64,000 nucleotides of DNA from Perna viridis. Lineage: Eukaryota. The stretch spans positions 3,286,001 to 3,350,000 of the forward strand of contig CM074514.1 of NCBI GenBank assembly GCA_037379345.1, read 5' to 3'. The position numbers and the translations under genes are program-made. The notes under the pieces were generated by a model. That model saw only the letters and a list, made by a program, of their open reading frames with translations, ran no database searches and was not told the DNA's origin. Positions 60,117 to 64,000 of this stretch are shown piece by piece; positions within the stretch are counted from its first letter, which is position 1; each line of letters opens with the position of its first letter.

Positions 60117-62840
60117 TTCTGTTGAATTGAAACAGACTTGAATGTTCTCTAAAGGTAGTTCAAGGATTATTAAGTCAGCAAATAGCGAAAATTCCTCTCC
60201 AAACAAAACTTACATCATTAAATGGTAGATGTGCAGTAAAAATATCATCAAACATATTCAACTAAGACTTCAATAACAAAATCAAACATGCATACAAATA
60301 ACAAATACAAAGTGTTTCAATTAGTGCAGCTTGATAGAACCACAAAAGTAATAGGTTATATGTACACTATTTAACAATACATTTCTGATCTTGTATTGGT
60401 GTTGTAAGACTGACAGTGCATACCATCATTATGCCATTATTATGCAATATTTTAATGTAAATTTTATAATGAAGTAGAGAAGGATTTCTTTGTGTTTTGA
60501 GATTACTTACTACAGAGTTGTTTAAGCTTTGTCCTACTTAAATAAAGAGAAAAACCGACAACTGACAACAAAACTACAGCACAACATGCATGTAATTGTA
60601 TAAAATAAAAATCTGTTTCCTCAGGTTTAAGGTTATACCACATAAACAAAAATTAATTACTCATATAATAGTTGTTGATAAACTGTTCAATATCGTGATA
60701 TTTAGACTGCCCACAGTACAGCGGTATTGACTAAGACTAAGATAATGACTGAGCCGTAGGCGAGGTCATTTTCACTGTCACAGTCAATACCACTGTCCTA
60801 TGGGCAGTGTAAATATCGCAATATTGACCAATTCATCAACAACTACTATGTTTATTTCATTGAGGAACCATATCCTCGATTTTTTTCAGAAAGCCATGCA
60901 AATCATGTTTCTGCATATTACATTGACAACTGCTTGATCACGAATGCGTTTTAATATGGGGATGCAATACTAGTGAATATGCAATTCAGGAATACATATA
61001 AAGAAGGATAACTCTATTACATTTTTTTTTAGAAAGATGACATCAACACAAATAAAAATATGACCTTTTGTATTCTTATCAAAGATATTTACTGCCATCT
61101 ATTTTAAAAATATAAAAATTTATAAAAAAAATTAATAAATAAATTCAAATAAGTTATTATTGAGAACTCGGAATATCATATTTATCTCAGTTGAGAGAAA
61201 ATGTATGTTGGCCAGATCTTACCAAATATACTTTATTATTACACTTCTTCACCAGAAAATATCGATTGTAATGAAATTTGTGCCAAGTTTTTAAGAAATC
61301 TCAAAAATTTCTATGTGTATTTTATCAATTTTGAAAAAGTGGATAGGAAACTGAACTTTATGTCAGTCTCTTTCCAACTGTTAATAGCAATATCAGTTAG
61401 AGTTATTTTAAACTTATATAAATGCAATAATAGAGGATTTAAACATATTTTATTGCAAGTAATTAACAGTATTTATCTAAAGTCCCTTAGATATTTTGGA
61501 AAAAGGTAATTTATGTGCTTTAAATTGAATCATAAACAACATTGTTAAGTGATGGATCAGTTTGCCATAGATAAATTGACTTGTCAATTCAACTCATGTA
61601 TGAACATTAATATCAAATTATACCTTCTTTTCCTCCTCATGTTCCTCTTTTTTCTCTTCTGTCTTTTCAACTGCTGATTCTGCAGGTTTTAGTGCCTCCT
61701 CTGTTGGTTCTGGGGCTTCTACCACAGGAGGTAGTTTACTTGATGAACCTTCTTTTAATGCTCTTTCTGCATCAGCCTGATACAAGGTAATGCGAAGTCA
61801 TATATAGAAATGTTTAGTGTAGCCTCAATTATGCCATAAACTAAGTTGACCATTATTGTTCATTGTATTAGTATACCAAGCAACATAAAAAGTATAGCAT
61901 ATGTAGACCGAAAAAGCATGGTTTGTTCAGTGGATTTTTTCTACATCATGAATCATCTAAATCATCTTTCTACCAAAGACAGTGTCTGAATTTTATACAG
62001 ACTGGCACTTGGAAAGATTTACATTTCTTTAATGGTTATCTAATGTTCAAGACCAAGGCTAACTAAAGATGTTTTGAAGTTTTTTTTAAATCTCTTTACT
62101 GGTTCTGTTTCCATGATTTTACCAATTATAGCCAAGCATTTCATTATTGATATATCAGACAAAATAATATAATTTAAGATTGTATTTGAAATGGGCACTT
62201 TGCAAGAGTTATTGTTCTTGATTTGGTTTGATTCGGTTGATTTTAGTGGGAAATAAATTTATGGTTGTCATATGTGAATTATGCAAGAAAAAAATGTGCT
62301 GAATGTAAAACATGCTATTTTTTTTATTGTGAGGTACACATTTTTATTTACATAAAAATTGTTCTTCAAACCTTTTTCTTGTCAGCATCTTCCTTTGCAA
62401 TCTGTTCAGCTTCGATCTTTCTCTTTGCCTTTCTTTCTTGTTCTTTCTCAAAATTTTTCTTCTCTTCCTCTAACTGTTTCAGTTCTTTCACTTTCTGAAA
62501 AAAGTAACATACACATGTACATGTATAAATGTACGAGGTTATAGTGACTTTCAAGGGTATTTATAGTACTGAGTTCATTCATTTTTTTTTGCTTTGTGTT
62601 GTAATATCTGGATGTATGAAAACATGTAAAGATTATAACCATACAGGTTTCAGTTCTTGATACAAAGTAACTGCCATATTTTAATTATTTTACCTCAGAT
62701 GCATAGTTCTTATTTTCCATGAACTTGTACAACCACTGAGCGACATACTCTACTGGATCTCTTGGTCGTTTTTCTGCTACTTCAGCCAAACATGTTGTTA
62801 AGCAGTCGCCAAGATGTTCTTTAAGGAAAGCTGTGTCCAT
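59865..62840 (-). CDS. DYDC1: DPY30 domain-containing protein (DYDC1/2-like), 4 coding exons, 164 aa
   Basis: Exons 62840-62694, 62494-62372, 61776-61624, 59936-59865, all phase 0 with GT-AG boundaries. N-terminus MDTAFLKEHLGDCLTTCLAEVAEKRPRDPVEYVAQWLYKF is a Dpy-30 motif, followed by an E/K-rich coiled coil. DYDC1 versus DYDC2 cannot be resolved. Confidence 0.88.
60086..60112. repeat. (TA)n microsatellite
   Basis: Direct observation. Confidence 0.9.
60670..60846. mobile_element. Palindromic foldback MITE in a DYDC-like intron
   Basis: tagttgttgat..caatatcgtgatattt..ggtattgact mirrored by agtcaatacc..aaatatcgcaatattg..atcaacaacta. Confidence 0.75.
61624..61776 (-). CDS. DYDC-like exon 3
   Basis: ADAERALKEG..EEHEEEKK; tcag/gtataa. 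Confidence 0.82.
62372..62494 (-). CDS. DYDC-like exon 2
   Basis: KVKELKQLEEEKK..DADKKK; ttcag/gtttga. Confidence 0.85.
62694..62840 (-). CDS. DYDC-like exon 1 (Dpy-30 motif)
   Basis: MDTAFLKEHLG..RPRDPVEYVAQWLYK..ASE; gtaaaa donor; an acceptor 6 nt upstream of the ATG implies an upstream non-coding exon. Confidence 0.9.
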
Positions 62841-64000
62841 GTTTTTCTGTCAACATATCATAAAGTTTGGTTTGATAACTAACAAATGCAACTGCCAATT
62901 GTCAATTAGAAATGTAACATAGACCCCATAATTATATTGAACTTGGGGTATTGATTTATTGAGAGTACATCAGCGGTATGATGGCCTACCTGTGTTGAAG
63001 TAGGTATGTTATTTAAATTGTCACTGAACTGACTTTGCAAAAGGATTAATTCTTTAGCTGAATCAGGTTGTCACTTGCCTGTCACTAAGAAGTCCAAGGT
63101 TTGAACCTTGATGGCAAGAGAATGATCTTGTTACCTCACCTAATCATGTTCTCCTGTAAAACTTACAGGGTCATGAATGAGCAAGTTGTGTTAAGAGTCA
63201 TTTACGGTACGAAGACTCTTGACGTGGGGGAAGTGTGGCAGGAAAGCCTACCTAGCCAGTAGTTGGTAGTAGATTTTGATATGCAGTTATTTAATTGACT
63301 ATGGTATAGGATTAATTTTTCAGCCGAATCTGTTTGTCACTGGCCTGTCAGGAAATTAACCTCATCCAATCTGTATTATTGCAAGCCTCACAGTTTTTTT
63401 CTCCTTTGATTTTTCAAACTTATGAAGTGTTATGTATTTGGTTGATTATGGGTCAGTAAATGGTGATTAGCTATATCAGGTTTAAGATTAATGTTGTTTG
63501 CACAGTCTTTCTCACGACCATCTGTTGATTGATCTAAGCATCACAGGATAAAGATCTACAGGTTAATTTTGATAGAAATTTATGACACTATCCCTCATTG
63601 ACAAGTAAATATTTTGGTTTGATTGAACTTAAGAAAGCTAGCAATTGGTCAGTTAGAATTTTTATCGTTTTTTTGTAATTTGTGGGAGGAGTTTCTGAAT
63701 TATTTGGATGACATTTTCCAGACTTTTTGAGTGCCACGGTTTTTCCTCAATTTTGCCAAGAAAGAATTTGAAGATTCAAGTTCAACTGTTCTGCTTATGA
63801 TGTTGATAATAACCTCACATCATAAGAAAGGGCACAATGGCGGAGGGGTCGAAAGCAGAAATAAAAAAAGGCACTGCATTTGGAATTAAACTCTTAAATG
63901 TTTTACGAATGAAATTTTACTGGCAAATTACTCAGTACATGTACGCATTGACATACATACGTACATAAAAAAGAAAGAAAGAAAAAAAAACATTAACGAA

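Noticed and set aside
61201-61509. 102-aa + strand ORF
   Set aside because: AT-rich intronic sequence of the DYDC-like gene with no recognisable motif.

Overview
AT-rich eukaryotic (animal) genomic DNA; the repeat content suggests a bivalve mollusc, which is an inference. Most of the window is one intact + strand polycystin-1 family (PKD1/PKD1L/REJ-like) gene. I could join 40 GT-AG exons from 9234 to the stop at 57322 with consistent phases (11,468 nt, about 3,820 codons; the 5' signal-peptide exon(s) were not identified). Domain order is WSC, multiple PKD repeats, REJ, GAIN/GPS, TM1, PLAT/LH2, then the polycystin TOP and channel domain. A 4-exon DPY30-domain (DYDC1/2-like) gene lies convergently on the - strand (62840-59865). 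Introns contain a decayed BEL/Pao LTR retrotransposon, LINE and Penelope-like fragments, tRNA-derived SINEs, MITEs and Helentron-like repeats. The most unusual signal is six independent tandem arrays whose unit is an exon-intron junction of the polycystin gene itself. Four are donor arrays (3, 17, 20 and about 30 copies) and two are acceptor arrays (6 and 2 copies). The real splice site is always the exon-proximal copy, and reading into the extra copies gives a frameshift or stop. Also notable are a tandem-amplified cluster of RFX X-boxes upstream of the gene and a GC-rich structured insertion with a 12-bp direct repeat.
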